Under the pieces are notes generated by a model. The model was given only the letters and a program-made list of their open reading frames with translations. It had not been told where the DNA came from and ran no database searches. The position numbers and the translations under genes are program-made. Shown here piece after piece: positions 63,173 through 64,000 of a DNA stretch of 64,000 nt (position 1 is its first letter; each line of letters begins with the position of its first letter). This DNA comes from Octopus vulgaris (lineage: Eukaryota), in contig OX597816.1 of the NCBI GenBank assembly GCA_951406725.2, forward strand, positions 159,774,001-159,838,000, in the 5' to 3' direction.

Positions 63173-64000
63173 AAAGTCTATTTTTCTGTATATTTTTGCT
63201 GTTTATTGTACCAGTGCATCTTCCACATACAAAAGCTATTTTCCTTGTTAATCTTTCTCTGATATTGCTGCACCTCTTATGTATCCATAGCTTACACTGG
63301 GTACATCTTATGGAGTTTCTACCGATGCCTTTAATACAGATTGAGCAGGGCCATCTACCTGAAGGGATTTATGACTTGTCTGCTTTCCTACTTACTAAGA
63401 CTTTAGTTTCTGCTGGGTTAACACTAAGGCCCTTCGATTCTAGACCTTGCTTTCATACCTGAAACTTCTCTAGCTCTGGTAGTGATTCAACTATAAGAAC
63501 AAAATCAACAGTATAGAGCTTCCAGGAGCAATCCGTCTTAAATTCCTATTATTACCTGGAGGACTATGATGAACAAGAGGAGGCTGAGCACTGATCCTTG
63601 GTGAACCCCTACTTGTACCCTGAATTCTTCACTGTACTCATTACCATCCCTCACCTCACTGACAGCATCCCTGTACGTGGCTCTCACCAACCACTCATCT
63701 AGCCCTAGTTTCTGCATTGACCACCAGATAAGGGATCGGGGGACTCTGTCAAAGGCTTTCTCTGTGTCAATGAAAGCCAAAGTGTTTCTCCTGCAGCTGC
63801 CTTACCAGAAATATTGTATCAGTGGTACATTTCCCTGACACAAAACCAAACTGCATCTCATCTAGACTAACTCTCACCTTAATTAGTTGGGCTATGACCC
63901 TCTCCATATCTTTCGTCACCTGATACAACAATTTAATACCTCTGTAATTATTTCTATCTAAGGCATCAGCTTTACCTTTGTAGTAGTTGACTATAGTGCT
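63173..64000 (-). mobile_element. decayed RTE LINE RT fragment (runs off the window)
   Basis: AFIDTEKAFDRVPRSLIWW, GVHQGSVLSLLLF, complete C4HC3 finger. Confidence 0.9.

Overview
AT-rich eukaryotic genomic DNA, very probably from an octopus or other coleoid cephalopod (inferred from the G-beta protein sequence and the repeat families). One complete protein-coding gene is present: a heterotrimeric G-protein beta subunit (GNB1-like) on the + strand. It has 8 GT-AG coding exons at 16389-22980 encoding 341 aa, a probable non-coding first exon near 13.2 kb and a 3'UTR probably reaching about 25.3 kb. A possible orphan terminal exon of a second gene lies on the - strand at 62334-62474. The flanks are filled with decayed RTE-clade LINEs and their (GAT)n-ended 3' tails, tRNA-derived SINEs, piggyBac/hAT/pogo-type MITEs, a Tc1 remnant, long palindromes and microsatellites. 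The most interesting signals are as follows. (1) The RTE family architecture: a C4HC3 PHD-type finger inside the RT C-terminal region, a 3'UTR array of ~62-bp units with an invariant stem and variable loop, tandem 5' monomers, and a TSD-flanked non-autonomous derivative joining 5'UTR to 3'UTR. (2) Candidate RNA structures in the G-beta 5' intron and 3'UTR. (3) Two long near-perfect palindromes at 37.7 and 40.1 kb. Repeat boundaries were read by eye and are approximate; no searches were run.
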